In this document: positions 35,761 to 49,400 of the stretch, in pieces
How positions within the stretch are numbered: position 1 is the stretch's first letter
Layout of the letters: every line of letters begins with the position of its first letter
NCBI GenBank assembly: GCA_028534125.1
Contig: CM052817.1
Location: forward strand, 91,824,001 to 91,888,000
From: Lama glama
Lineage: Eukaryota
Direction: 5' to 3'
Length of the DNA: 64,000 nt
Program-made: the position numbers and the translations under genes
Notes under the pieces: generated by a model
What the model saw: the letters and a program-made list of their open reading frames with translations, nothing else
Databases searched by the model: none
Told to the model about the DNA's origin: nothing

Positions 35761-38379
35761 CAAAGCTCTCCCAATACCAGCTGGGCCACCACTGGGAATG
35801 GTGGAAAATAAAGGAGACTTTCTAGAACAGGAAGCACTGCATAGAACTGATCTGGGAAGTTTACTGACTTTTGAATCCAAGGAATTTCAACAACTCTGGA
35901 TTGACTATAGAGATCATGAAAGGGTGGCCACCCCTTCCAGGGACAGAGGGGAGAGGAGTTAGGTATAGTTAGAGACAGTGTGAAACATGAAATAGGCCCT
36001 AGTTTTATGCCTACCCCAAGAAGTTAACATTGTTCAGTGTCGAGGGAAAAGTCATCTTCAAGGAGTCCCGGGCTTTTATGCCCGTTCCACCAGTACATTC
36101 CCAGTTGGGTGAAGAAGCAAACAGCTCTGGCAAAAATCCCAGTTATAGCGACAGGGGAATAAGACAAGGGGATCTCCTGTCTTCTGATACGTGTACTTAC
36201 ACAGTGATTTGGATTTAACTAAAGTTGGGCTAACATAAAGGTTTTCGCTAAGAGCAGAGGCTGAGGCAGAGCAGTGACCCCTTCTTCCCAGCTCCGGGAT
36301 GGCCCCATGTGTCAGTGACCTGCACACATCCCCTTGGCTGCCTGCACCTTTGTACCTGTGTCCTGTGTTGGTAGTGAATGAGTTTGGGCTTATGCCTCAG
36401 GGTACCTGATATTATGCTGCAAACACTAAGTGTTCAGCGAACGTTCCTGACCAGTTAAGATGTGTGAGTTCAGCTTTCATTTATTATGGGACACTCTGAG
36501 GTGTCCTAAGACTGACTTCGTTTCGGCCCTTGCCATTTTCCTTCCAGACTCTAAGCCTATCAGTTTCCATGAACCAGAAATCTCTGGCAAGCCTGTGGTT
36601 GGGTATACAAGTCCATCCAGCAATGGGTAGTAACACAAAGATCCCCAGGATAATACTACACGTTCACAGACTGGAAAAGTAGTTGGAAGGCTGAAAAGAG
36701 GCTAGAAGTGACGTAATTTGACCTCCCCATTTTACCAATGGGGACAGTCCCCATTTTCACTCAACGATCTATAGTCACTGAGGGAAAAAGAGTAACTGGG
36801 TAGTGTCAGCTCCTTGACTTGAACTCAACCTTCTTAATTCTCATTTGGGAGTTTTTTCAATCACATCCTGATGCCTTTCAGCCTGTTTAATATAGCTTTT
36901 TCAAAACAGTCCTTCATTTCCTTCATATAATAACAGAAGAGTCCAATGTTATTTGCATGAAGAAGGATGTTATTGTGGCTCAAAAGAAGCAAGTCTAAAT
37001 GCAAAGATTACAAGTGAAATTCCACTTATATAACAGATGAGACTAACTGGATAATTCAGGGAACTGATATTCAGGAACATGTGTTTATGCTTATCCTTGA
37101 AGACACAGGAGCTCTGAGTAAGGAGGTTTGGAGGCTGCACCGGAGGGTGCTACTGGGGTTCTATAAGAGGAGCAGATTGTACAGAAACTTCTCAGGGAAG
37201 CGAGTGAAGGTGGTGGCTCATTGTGACCCTTGCCTCTCTGGGTATGAAATGCCAGCAAGAAGATGTCAAGACTCACTATTCTGTCTCCGTACTTCCATAG
37301 CAGTTTCTGTACAGAAACCACATTATAAAAGGCATCACAGTAAGTGATACATGAATAAACAGAAATTCATATAGAAGCAGAGAAGTGTTCTAGAAACCAA
37401 ACATCTACATTTCAGCCACTCAATTTGTCTGCTTTACACGCCTACCGTCTGCCAACTCATCAGTAAAAGCAAAGAATCTACAAAGGGCAGTTAGAGAAAT
37501 GCATCAATACAGTAAAAACCACAGACCTATACAGTATAAGGTTACATGAGCAGGAGTTAGGTTGGTGATAGGAAATACTCTCAGAGGACTGTTATGAGAA
37601 CCATTTCCAATCCAGAACAACAAGAATGATCAACTTGATTCAATTAACAACTTCTGCTGTCTTAATGCCATGTTTAGGGGTGGCCAGATTACCGATTAAA
37701 ACAGGAATACCACAGTTCCAGCAAGCAAGCCCCAGGGGCTCAGCAAGGTGCAGAAGGTCTCCTTTGACGGCGCAGCAAGGGGCCCGTCTCAGCTGCCTGG
37801 CCCCCTGTGCATTTCTCCGAAGGTCAAGGGATGCTGGAGAGCAGGGATTAACTGTATTCATGGTGGAGCACAGCATCACTCCCACTCACAAAACAATACT
37901 GTTTTTATTATAATTCATCTGTGTTTGCAAGAAGGTATGGGATGCTTACAGACCACCTTTAATTTGCTGGAAAAGTTACTCACCCCAGGACTAACCCCAA
38001 CACCATCCCCTTCTCCATCTCTTTTCCCACAAGAGCACAGTTTGACTCTCTTGGACAGGGTAAAAGAACACACTTTCTCCAGTGTCACACAATTATTTTA
38101 TAACACTATTAATTGTAGGGATAATAAAAACTATTTTGGCTGAATAAATAAAAACTATGCTGCACTGTCTGCTTTATGTGAAAAAGATGGAGGATAAAGT
38201 GGTGGAAAGATCTGTCCCTGCTAGATTATATGCCCCATAAAGGGAACAGTCTGCACCAGCAAAGACTGAGTTTGTGATGCACTTTCCTAGGTCATCATTA
38301 CTGGGATAACATGCTGTGCATGCCACTCTAGCAAATCTTCCTCTGTTAATAAAAGATCTCTCTTTTTGGGAAGTTATTC

Positions 38380-38514
38380 TTCTGTTTTTTTGGTTTTTTT
38401 TTTGCGGGGGGGTAATTAGGTTTGTTTGTTTGTTTTTAATAGAGGTACTGGGGATTGAACCCAGGACCTTGTGCATGCTAAGCACATGCTCTACCTCTGA
38501 CCTATACCCTCCTC
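38380..38514 (-). mobile_element. vic-1-type camelid SINE
   Basis: Plus strand GAGGTACTGGGGATTGAACCCAGGACCTTGTGCATGCTAAGCACATGCTCTACC is the reverse of a tRNA-Ala(AGC)-like head with A and B boxes. Confidence 0.92.
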
Positions 38515-40625
38515 CTCTCCAAGGGGACCTCAACAGCAACACTTCCAGGATTTACTCTTAATAGTGATATTAGCATGCATGTGAATCTACTATTAATTTT
38601 CAATGAGGCACTAGATTTTTCATTTTATTTTGGGGGCTTATTTCTGAAAAAAATACTGCATTTCAGCAGTGTTTCCCTACCTTGTAGTGATTTACCTACC
38701 CTATCAATATTCCCTCCTGCCTACTATCACTTTGAGTCTAATTTTGGGGAGGATAGTATCCTTGAGATATTGTCCATCTTTTTCTTCACCCCTGAGCATC
38801 CCTACTTGTCCACCGAACTACTCTGGGGAAACCAAGATGTCTTTCTTAGAAAAAGGAATCCTAAGCTTAGTAAAGTGCACTTCTGAGAAGAGGAAACCAT
38901 GGAAGTGTTGCTGTTGAGGTCCCCAAATCAAAAATTTTTATTGTTGGTTCTTCAATTCATTTGCTTTTTCCATTTTTTCTCTTGGAAAATGGATGAATTG
39001 TCTAAATTTTCTGTAGGAAAATGCTGTTATGTTTAGGACAAGACATGGTTTGGCACATTCTCGTTCCATTCACCCCAGAACAGAAAACCCAATATTATTA
39101 TTATTAAACACTAATTGCTGCTTTCAAAGCATTCCTGTGGAATCAAGAGGTGGTGCACACCTCTCTTTCTTGGCTTATAACAGTGAGGTTTATGATGGCG
39201 TGGTGGCCTGGCTGGCACCTGACACAGTGTCGGCGACATGGCTCTAAACAGATATCTAAGGTCTTCCCATCAGACCCATGGCTGAAATCACTTGAATACC
39301 TTCATTCTAAAATATTCAGGTGGGCTAATACCAGCCTTAGCCACATTCTCAAAATGGAAAAGTCTTTTCAGGGAGCAGATTTCTGGGAAGCCAGGTGGCT
39401 TGCACATCTGCAAGTCTGGCTTGAGGACACCATTTGCCATCAAGGACTTGCTGGCATCATTCCTCGTCAGAGCAGCCTACGATCCCCACACTTGCCCCTC
39501 CCCACTCCTAGTGGGAAGAGCATCAGAGGCATCTGGAGGCTCAGTTGGCAGCAGAAGTCCATCCCTGTCCACCGTCACACAAATCAGATCCTACAGGAAC
39601 AAAGGGTCAAGGGCTAAAGCACTCTCGGGACACCTGCTTTATCAAGATGGGGGCTAAGCATGAATTGCTTTGGGCACGTTACCCACAGTCTTTCAAATAC
39701 AAACAAGCATGAACTGGCTCATCTTCTGCTACGTGGTCCCCATCCTGGTCAATGGCTTTCTTCTTTTTCAGAACGGAGGGTGCTTCTGTTGATGAGCCTC
39801 TCACGCCCCCTCAAGAGGAACAGCGTCTGGGAGCAGAGGTGCAGCGCGTGCGTACACCCAGCACGTGTTTTCGCGTTCCCACCCTACATTGTTTGTTGAA
39901 ATAAATATGGAAATAAGGCTGAGCAAGACAGCCAAGCCAGCCAAACTGAAATAAATTCATCACTCATGGGCTCTCAAGGGAAGAAAACCGTGCATTTTTT
40001 CCTAAATGATTATTTCTGAAGCACTGAAGGAATGGCTATATCACTAATGAGGCCTGTACGCCATGACTGCTGGTTATAAATGACCCGCAAAGAGACAAGG
40101 AGATGGTGGAGACGAAGGGGAGACCGTGGGAGCAGGGGGTGAGGGGAGGAGCTGCTGGTGGGGGCTGCAGCCCCTGGGGTCAGGCGGTGGACGTGGGGTC
40201 CTGGAATCAACTCCCCCTGCTTTTCTGACCCAGCGCTAACTCCCCCTGGAAGAGCGTGTGACTTACTCTGTGTAAATACAAGTGAATAGGAAGGTATCAA
40301 AAGCCCCACAAAGATGGAAAAGCATCTCGTGTATACATACTTATGCCACCGTGAACACCCCTCTCCTGTGCGTGGATATCCTTGGCAGCCTCCCAGGAAC
40401 TGGGACGGAGCAAGGACACATAAACCATGTTAAGCCACTAAATGGTGCCAAGGCCCCTAGACCCCAGGATCCCCGCTTCGTGGCTCTGCACTGGGCAGAC
40501 AGGAAAAGAAGGTGCAGATATTAATACAGTTGATGGGACAGGGTCTCTCCCCAGAGCAGCTGGTGACTCCCTAGCCAGGCTGACAACAATGGGCTCGCGA
40601 ACTGGGTATCATAATGCTTGGACAG

Positions 40626-40801
40626 GGGTGGGGGGGGGGGTAGAGCTAAGGGGTGGAGCGTGTGCTTAGCATACACGAGGTCCTGGGTTCAATCCCCAGT
40701 ACCTCCGTTAAAAATGTAAATAAATAAAAATAAACCTAATTACCCCCACCCCTCCAAAAAAAGACAGTGTAACACAAATAAATAAATATCTTAAAAAATA
40801 T
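40626..40801 (+). mobile_element. vic-1-type camelid SINE
   Basis: GGAGCGTGTGCTTAGCATACACGAGGTCCTGGGTTCAATCCCCAGTACCTCC plus an AT-rich tail. Perfect 12-bp TSD ATGCTTGGACAG at 40614-40625 and 40802-40813. Confidence 0.95.
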
Positions 40802-42809
40802 ATGCTTGGACAGAGAAAGCTGTGATAGGTCCTGAAAAGCTTCTCAGAGCTTCATGATTTGGTGGCACTGTATGGCATATGATGTGCTGTAGGAAGACGC
40901 CCACAAATCTCCTGGCATGACTCAACAAGGATCGTTCAGGCAGAGGAATCCAGGGTGCAGTGTTAGCAGCAACGGCTAGAAGAAAAGGCCTGGCAAGGGA
41001 TGTTCTTGCCAAGTGCAATGATCCAGTCAGGATGGGCAAGGGCAGGGTGATGTGGGGATTACTTTTGAAAATGGGTGTATTATTTAATGCGAGGAACTGC
41101 ACTGATTACCTTACATCCTTATGGAAAGGTAGAGGTGGAAAGGGGCTTCTGCAGCCTGTCAGACGAAGAAGCTGTGACAGGGTGAGACGTGTCTGCGCTG
41201 TGCAGTGATGCCAGCGGTTCCTGAACTGGCGGAGGATGCTGGCCCTGCTTGCCCTTTGCAGCTCGTATGCTCTCACATGACATTCTGACGGCGCCGCATG
41301 GCCCGTCAGTTGCATTCTCCTGCACTCGGACTCATGGACCGAAGGTCATATGTGGCGAAAGTAGAGGCCTGCTCTTCAGCTCCTGATGCCGTGACCACTC
41401 TAGCCATTCCAGGTTATCGGCCACATGGCTGGGCACAGTGATGGCAAAATGAACCAGGTATTCTGCAGTATCACCCTCTATTTCTTAACATCCAGAGGGA
41501 TAGCAACATTAGAAGTAAAAGATAAGTGGCTTCAAGCATTATAAAGGCAGTCTGGACCCCAAATTTGTCAAGGGGAAAACTCATAAAATAGAGGGGACAA
41601 AGGAGAGAACAAAGGGCCAAGGATCTAGTTCCACTAATTTACTTCTGCTTTTCAGCCCTGTTTGTTGCGGCAAGAAAGAAATGTGCTTTTTACTCCCTCC
41701 CTGCAGCCTTCCTGGGCAACAAAAGCCACACATTAGCAAAGAGAAAAGCAACCCACAGCGGGTCCAGTGTTCCTCTGCTTCATCACTGGGGGCGAGTGCT
41801 AGCCCCAGATCTTTCTTTCTCTCGCATCTTTTCTGTGGATGCTCAAAGAACAAACAGAGCTTCTCAAACAATCGTAACAAAGAAGAGAATTAAAAGTCAC
41901 CCATTCCAAGATGCAGTCTCCCTGCCTTGCTGCTTCCGACAGAGGAGCAGAGAGAATTCTACTGGCTGCTGCCTCCCCATCGGCACTGATGCTCCCTAAT
42001 GAATCTGACCCCCAGCTGCAGCTCTAAAAGGGTGCAGCAGTGTGTCAGTGTAAACAGCTAAACCTAGTGTCATGTCAAGTGGTAACAAGGCCACTGCTGG
42101 TTTTTTACAAGCGCTGTGCACTTAGCAGATAAAAATGAGCATGCTATCGCTGGCCTCCACAAGTCACACTTATCAACAGTGAGAAGAAACAATGCTTTGT
42201 GTGAGGGGTGTTGCTTGGTGCCCGTGATAGGAAGTTAAATTTCTTCCAGGCTACCCATTAGCATGATGAAAGAGCAAGTAACAGCTGTATTAACAAAACC
42301 TTTTTGCACGTGTCCACGGCAAGCAGGCCGGAGCTCCTGATGTTCCCTCCAATAAAGAGAACTAATTACCCTCCACAACGCCACCTGGGCTTGAGACAGC
42401 CCATGTCAGGAAAGGGCTTCGACAAACACATTTATTTGTCCAGGACCAAGTCCAGGGCCAGAAACCTCCATTCTTCCTGGTATCACACTGGAGCCAGATG
42501 CACACAAGATCAATAAAAGGTCCCGGGTTCACTGCAGGCTGGGGGCAGTACCTGCAGACAAGGCGTCCCGTGGGAGGACATGGGCTTCCAGCCATGGCAG
42601 CGGCGACCCATGCATACGCAGTGCAGAGCGCAGCCCTGCACGTGCACCTTGACTGGACTCGGGGTGAAGTCCTCCTCTGAAGAAAGCGGAGGGGTTTGAA
42701 AGATGTCAAACAAGAAAGGGAAGTTGAAAAGCAGGGAGGGTTGTTTTACTGATGCTCAAGTCGTTGCTTTTTAGTAGAAGAAGAATTTTAAGCAGATAAA
42801 TATATGTTG

Positions 42810-43265
42810 ACATGATTACCCCTCATTTTATATACAAGGAAACTAAAGTACAGAAGAGGTAAGTGACTGCACCACATGTCCAAAAAGGGAAGAGAACTTG
42901 CATTTACCTAGTACCTACTGTGTGTCAGTCATTTTCATATACATTTTCTAGTTGAATCACTTCCACCGTCCTAGGAAGTGGGACTTCTAGACACACACAC
43001 ATGTGCAGAGACTCAGAGATACACACACACACACACACACAGGCACACACACACATACACAGGCACACACACAGGCACACACACACAGGCGCACACACAC
43101 ACAGGCGCACATACACACAGGCGCGCACGCACACACACACACACACAGGGACACACACACCTGAAGAAACTGAGGCTTAAGATTAATCAATTTGCTCAAA
43201 ATCGTTCTCCTAGGGCTAGACTCACATCTTGATCCATCTGACTTCCAAGTCCTTTCCATCCCACT
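42810..43265 (-). mobile_element. MIR fragments, one expanded internally by a CA-rich repeat
   Basis: CCCTCATTTTATATACAAGGAAACTAAAG; CATTTACCTAGTACCTACTGTGTGTCAG; TGAAGAAACTGAGGCTTAAG..TTGCTCAA. Confidence 0.7.
42990..43160. repeat. Interrupted (CA)n microsatellite with recurring AGGC units
   Basis: Repeated ACACACACAGGC(A/G)C variants, seen directly. Confidence 0.9.
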
Positions 43266-46200
43266 TTAAGCTGCTCAATGTCATTTTGAATGCTGAACCC
43301 GTGCAAAAAGCCAGATGTTCTGATTTCTGGAGTTATTTGAGTACTTTTTGAAAGCCACTGGGGCCTTCAGGAAGCTTTTGGTCTGTCTGTAGTCCTGCTC
43401 CATTGGTGAAGCTTCAAGACAGTAAACAAGATAAACAAGCCTGGCTCCTTTTATTAGACCAGATGCTTTCTTCAACTTCTTCTCCCCCGAAAGAACAGGT
43501 AGGACTAAACTATAACTAATGACATCTGTTCTTCCCCAAGGTTCTACATGTACCATTTGACAATGGGGCTCTGGCCATTATCGACTTTCCCCAACCCAAC
43601 TCCTAATCTACTGTAGATCTTAGCATCCAACAGAAAGAACTTGCCTATCTTTTGCCCAAAGGTGAGTATATTACTATGACATGTCACTTTTCTGGATCAC
43701 GTGGATCACATTTAGAAAACACATTGGACAATAACTTGATTTACTGCAATTTTAGATTTACTACTCAGTCCTCAGTACGCAGAAGTAGAGTGTTTCAAAC
43801 ACTATGAACTAAAATGCCAACTTACTGTCAGGTCTTAATTACCCATGTTTAAGGACAATGCACGAATAAAAACAGAAACCCGCGTTGACATTCATGATTA
43901 TTTAATCTAGCTCATATTTTTACCTTCTCAGCTCATCAAATCTTTTGTTGGAAAGAAATTTATGGACTATCTAGTCATAGATATAGGCAATGACACATGT
44001 TTGATTTTTTTTTTCCTGGAAGTTACTCCTAAACTAAAGTACCTTCATTCATTTGTGTTTTCTAACACAAATAGTGGCTACTATCCCACTTTAAGAGCCA
44101 GAACTATCCCTGTTGGTCTGGTCCTGTCCTAGTCCAGATCCCAACCGTTCCTGGTAGGAACCTCTCCTCATTTCCAGAGACCTCACTCCAAGGCCTGATG
44201 AGATGACCTCAGTGGGTGGCACTGTGATCGTGGACAAAAACCCACCCACCAAAGGAAACAGCTTTGCCCACGGGGCCCCTGGGAGGTGCCATTTTCATCT
44301 TCTACTGCACTGCACTGACATTTTAAAATTGTAATGACTCCATATCCCAAATGAGTCCTAAGAACATTCTGAATCAGCTAATTAATAAATCAACTGCTCC
44401 TCAGGATGGCATTTATCAAATTCACAACTAATATGTGAGGTGGGGTAAGAGTGAAAGTCTGCAGCTGCTACACCACTGGCTCTAGTAGGAACCACTTACA
44501 TAGGACCCAGCTTGCTCCAAAACCTTCGCCCCTCTCTGGCTGTAAGCTAAAAAGCACCTTCAATGCACACTATTCATTGACGGGGCCAAAGACATACAGA
44601 ATAATGAGTGGTCGCTTGAAAGAATGAAGAACAAGAGCATCCCTACTAATCAGACACTCAGTGTCCCATATGGTGATAGTAATTGGAACATCCTTTTGGT
44701 CACACTGTTGAACTAAGATTAAAATCAATTAGATGCCACCATTTAGATGGTGGTGGCATTCTGGTGTCTTTTTCTTGTTCATTAGGCACAGATAAGATGT
44801 GGGGGTGACAGTGCCAAGCTGGGCATACTCCTTCGCCAAGAGTAGACCATTGGTAAACTTTCCAATCTCTTAAGACCGGATACCTTTCCAAGCAGGCTTC
44901 AGAATCACTGCTGACACATTTGAAATCAGTCGTGACAATTAGGTTGTCAGAGCAGCATGTAATGCTCTTAATCGTTTACTTAGTGCCCTGTGAAATCTCC
45001 ATTTCTCTGTCACAGACTGTACCCTCCCCATCATCCAGCCACTGCTTTTCTTCCCATGTTGTTGAGGGGCTGGCATTGACAGCATGGGTGAGACAGAGGA
45101 ACTATGGGGAAATGGCCCAACTGTGCAGGCCATCAATAGTGAGATGACACAGAGATGGACCAGAAGACAAGGCAGCAGAGAGACTGGGGACTTGGTGAGC
45201 AGAGAGACAGAGAACCACTGCTCAGAGGCCAGAAGGCTGGGTAAAAGCGCATCATTGGTTTAGTCTGAATCTGGTCCACGCTACTCACCCTCCTTTCCTT
45301 CTTTATAGTGTCGACGTGGTTTTTGCAAGGTTTTTCTCCTGGAGGGGACTTTTTTTTTTAGAAGAGAAGATGGGTGTTGACTTTTCAGTCAAATAGTCAC
45401 TCAAGCCTAATGGCTTCCAGAATCCAATTCTGAGGGCTGCTAACAACGAGAGAGCCTCTGGGGGAGGGTGGTCAGAAGTCGCCCAATGTCCAACAGAGAG
45501 GACACACTAAGGAAGTAAGAAGACGGAAGGGGAGAAGTGGGGAGGGTCACAGAGAGGAAGAAGGGGTTGGACACGTGGCTGTAGGACAGAGAACATAGAG
45601 GGGTGTGCCAACACAGAAATGGGAAAAGACTCACAGATTAAGTGTTTTTATCCAAGGTCAGGGTGTCTGAATCAGCTCAAATGGGAAGAGATATCCAGGT
45701 AGGAAACTAAATAAGAGCAAAGAAATCATATTTTGCTGTATGACAAGTTCATTTCTGAACACAGATGTGTCAGAAAGTTTCAATAAATTTCCCCATCCTC
45801 TTCATGACTGTCCTAAGATCTCACACAAGTAAGTGGTATCAGGAGTTAGACTGGCTTCAGATCAAGACAAAGCAGGAAACTTCTTTGAATACAATTTTAC
45901 TTCTCTCAGTGTTTTTGGATTTGAAACAGATGCTTATCTGAACTGAAGCATTTACGATGTGATTTCTTATTTTCACAAATGATGTGGTTTCTTGGTTTCT
46001 CTGTTGTAGTCCCACTTAAAAATCTATGGTAAGTAAGTAAGTATGGTATGTAATAGTTTTATTGGCACCACCATCTCCTATGCCTAATGTTATACTTCTA
46101 AAACACAAACTGAGGAAATACATAGGGAGGTCATTTGCAACATGATTTTTATTTGCTCAACAGATTGAATCTGGGTAGTAGGAATATTACAGTTGGTTAA

Positions 46201-46374
46201 GTAAATCTCGAGTCAGAGTAAGGTTTATCAGAGTAATGTTGATCTTTAACCCATAAGTCTAGAATATATGTTTGGGAGTGGGAGGAAATTCCAACATCCA
46301 CATAAACAGAGAATTCAGAGTTTGAAATGCCCCAAGCAGACTTTCTTAGTTATTTGTGACAGTTTGACAGTGAC

Positions 46375-46375
<1 letters not shown>

Positions 46376-46412
<37 letters not shown>
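46376..46412 (+). repeat. Poly(A) tract, 37 nt
   Basis: Pure A run, counted from the sequence. Confidence 0.95.
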
Positions 46413-46415
<3 letters not shown>

Positions 46416-49400
46416 GGAGCTAGAATGCTTTCTCCCCAACTTTGTGGCTGAATTTTTATGCAATCTTCCACAGATCATTTTGTGCCTTAATTTCCCTTCC
46501 TGCAGATTGCCGGGAGCCTTGTTGACTAAGCTGTAGATTATAATAAGCTAGTGCTGCACCTTATTTGTATTTTACCAGCCAGATTCTCTCACAAAACTAA
46601 GCATTTCTGTCCATAAGGGGAAAAGTTGAAGAAATAAATGATTTATTAATAAGTTTAAATGTTATTTTATATTCAGGGATTTATTTTAAATTAGTCATTA
46701 GTTTATGACTGGCGGTGGCAGGCAGAGCTTTTCTCTAGATGTAAAGTCCTTAAAACAGCCCCATTTTAAACATATTTGCTTCTCCTCTGTACTTAAAAAT
46801 ACCTTTCGCGTGGCTTTCTCAGGGTATCCCACAATTTAGAAAATCAAGGTGATTCATTCTGATATTTTGGAGGAAAATTATGTGGTTTTTCTGGTGAAGC
46901 TACTGATATGTGTCACAGCTCTTTGAAAACAGAAAGGCACTGGGGGACGGGGGGCCCCAAAACAGTATAATGAGACTAGATTGGCTTTTTCTCACATCAT
47001 TCAACAAGATTTTCACAGTTCATACTTATGCTTTTCTGAATCTAGGCAGGCCAGCCACGGGTCATGGAACTGGGCTCTAAATGACTTGCAAACAGGCACA
47101 CATTTCACTCCTTAAATCTTTCTGCTTCCCCCTCCCCCTTCTCTTCCCTTTCTCAGTCCCCTTCCCTCCCTTCTTCCCTCCTTTATTGAAAAAGTACCCA
47201 GGCTGCTCTTTACTTCCAGGTAAGCACAGATCACTGATAGCCCAGGTGAGTGTGGAAAGTTGGGTGCTGAGAGCAGAGTGGGAACAACAAGATTCTGCAC
47301 TGACTCAATCTCTAGAGCACATCATAAAACCATTTTTAAAGTGGTTCCCACAAGAGTCATAAGGAATTTCAGAATGCCCATTTTAAGTGGGTTTCCATGC
47401 ATCCCTGATAGTGTCATTTTCTCTCAAGGACTTCTGACAGCTCAGGTTACAAGGAAGGGTCAGGTAAATTGGAACACCTTTTCTGAGCCTCTATGCAAAG
47501 CCCTCTAAATATGATTGAGAGAGTTGGGAATGTTCTAGAAACAAAAAAGTGCTGTGGCCAGCACTCGGAAGCGCAGGGTACTACTGGTCAACCGTTTCAA
47601 TGAAGCACAGAAAATAGAATCTTCAGAAATACTTTCCAGCCATGCCTAGTCACTGATCACCAAGCTCCTGGTAATAAGAGAAAACAGATCTCACTTGATG
47701 ATTATGACAACAGAGTGCACTGCTGCTTCCATTGTTGTGAAAGTCTCGCTTGAAAAGGCAAGTGAATCTGGAGGAATGGATGAGCCCAGAGCCAAGCCCA
47801 GGACACCAAGCCCGGAGCCCTCATAAGCAGAAACCTCTGTCTGCGTGGGGTTCAGGGAGAAACAGAACTGGGAATGTTTGTTTGTTTGTTTGTCAGTATG
47901 TTTGATTTGGGCAGGAGACTATTTGAGGGATCTCCAGTCTCTTCCGTTTGGTCTATTTTTCTCTTAAGCATGTGTGCTTAGTGAATTATATATATTGTAA
48001 GCGACCCTGGGGTGTGCAATCCCATCTCTTTTAATACACTTTTCCATTCTGACAAGGAGCTTCAGTGGCTTGGAATAATCCTCTTCAATTGACAAAAGCA
48101 GCCCCCAATTTCTAAGTTTTTAAACCATTAATGGCTGATCAGTTGCAACAAATATGCCGCTACCGCCGTTGCTGCACCTAATGATTGAATTTTAAATATT
48201 CATGATGGATGGATGTCTGTGTGTGTGCACAGAAATGACAGCATCGACGGCTGCTTCTCACCAGGGCACCGTTAGAGCTGAGCAGAAGCTGCGTGTGTCA
48301 GATATTTTCTGGTTAAATATTCCAGTCATTAGAAAAAATGGTTCTATCATATAGACCCAGCCGCATTAATGCATGAGATACACGTGTTCACAAATACACA
48401 ATGTTGAAATGGGCAGACTCCTTCCCTCAAAAACAGCCCTTTAATTATTTAAAGAAAAAAAAACCACTGAACACGCTAGTGGTTATTTTGGGACATTGTG
48501 ATTTTTCAGTGATTTTAATTTTCTTATTTTTGCTTGTCTGTATTTTCAAAGATGTTTTCTACAATGAACACAAATTATTTTTGTAGTAAGACAAAAGATA
48601 ACTTAAAAATCCCATGTGAAGAAAAAGAATAATATTACGATAAAATTTTGACCAATTAAAAAAATTCTTCATGGAGAAATATGCACTGACAGCTTATAAA
48701 AATAAACACAAAAGAAGAGAAGAGAATAAGTTTTGCCTAAGTTTTAGCTATGAAATAAGGCCTAATTTTCCTCCAAGAATAGAGAAAATGGAAGCCAATT
48801 TTTAGAGGAAATTCAATAGAGAGGCTAAAGTGATCTGAAAAGAGACACCTTTTCTGAGATGAAATTACACCACATGTATTCTTTGGCCATGATTTGAGGC
48901 TGAGATTATAAACAACTGAGAATAATTAGCTGGACTGAAAAATGCCTGCAGTTTCTATCTGCTAGGATGAACCAGTTTCTTTCGGGCGTCTCTCTTCTTC
49001 CTGTTCCACAATCTCTCTGCTCCCTTTCTTACTGTTCTTTTCTGGAAATCTTCCTCACACACATATTTGAACATTATTAAATCCTACTGTTTCTTGCACT
49101 GTTCATTCATACCATCTTTTTTTTCCAGATGGACACTTATTTAACAGCATATGTGACTATTCTGATCACCAGCATAGGGAGAAATCATGAACAAACACAG
49201 GAATCAGATAGAACAAAACCAGATACACTTGACCTGCTCCGTGTGTGTCAGCAAATACTTATTTAGGCCTGTCATTCTCTAATAGGAATCTATTAGTTCT
49301 CCAGACCAGAGACTAAGTGGTTAAAAGGAAAAAATGTATCAACTGCCTTGCTCTGATTGGTCCCTAGAAACTTCCTGTAGAAAAGAATTAGAGCAAATAC

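Noticed and set aside
39150..39657. Longest ORFs in the track (155 aa and 121 aa), and similar ones such as 19344-19787
   Set aside because: No recognisable domain, non-ATG starts, and no splice context. 19344-19787 runs through L2 and MER5A sequence. The lengths are compatible with chance.
40626..40710. Functional tRNA-Ala gene (also at the other vic-1 copies)
   Set aside because: These are tRNA-derived SINE heads with AT-rich tails, TSDs and broken stems.
41285..41309. GC-rich hairpin CTGACGG-C-GCC-GCAT-GGC-CCGTCAG
   Set aside because: A 10-bp bulged stem is expected by chance in 64 kb, and there is no supporting RNA-family features.
42925..43259. Cys/Val- and His/Thr-rich ORFs
   Set aside because: Translation artefacts of the CA/TG microsatellite.
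46376..46412. Poly(A) as the tail of a processed pseudogene
   Set aside because: No upstream polyadenylation signal, ORF or TSD was seen; treated as a simple homopolymer.
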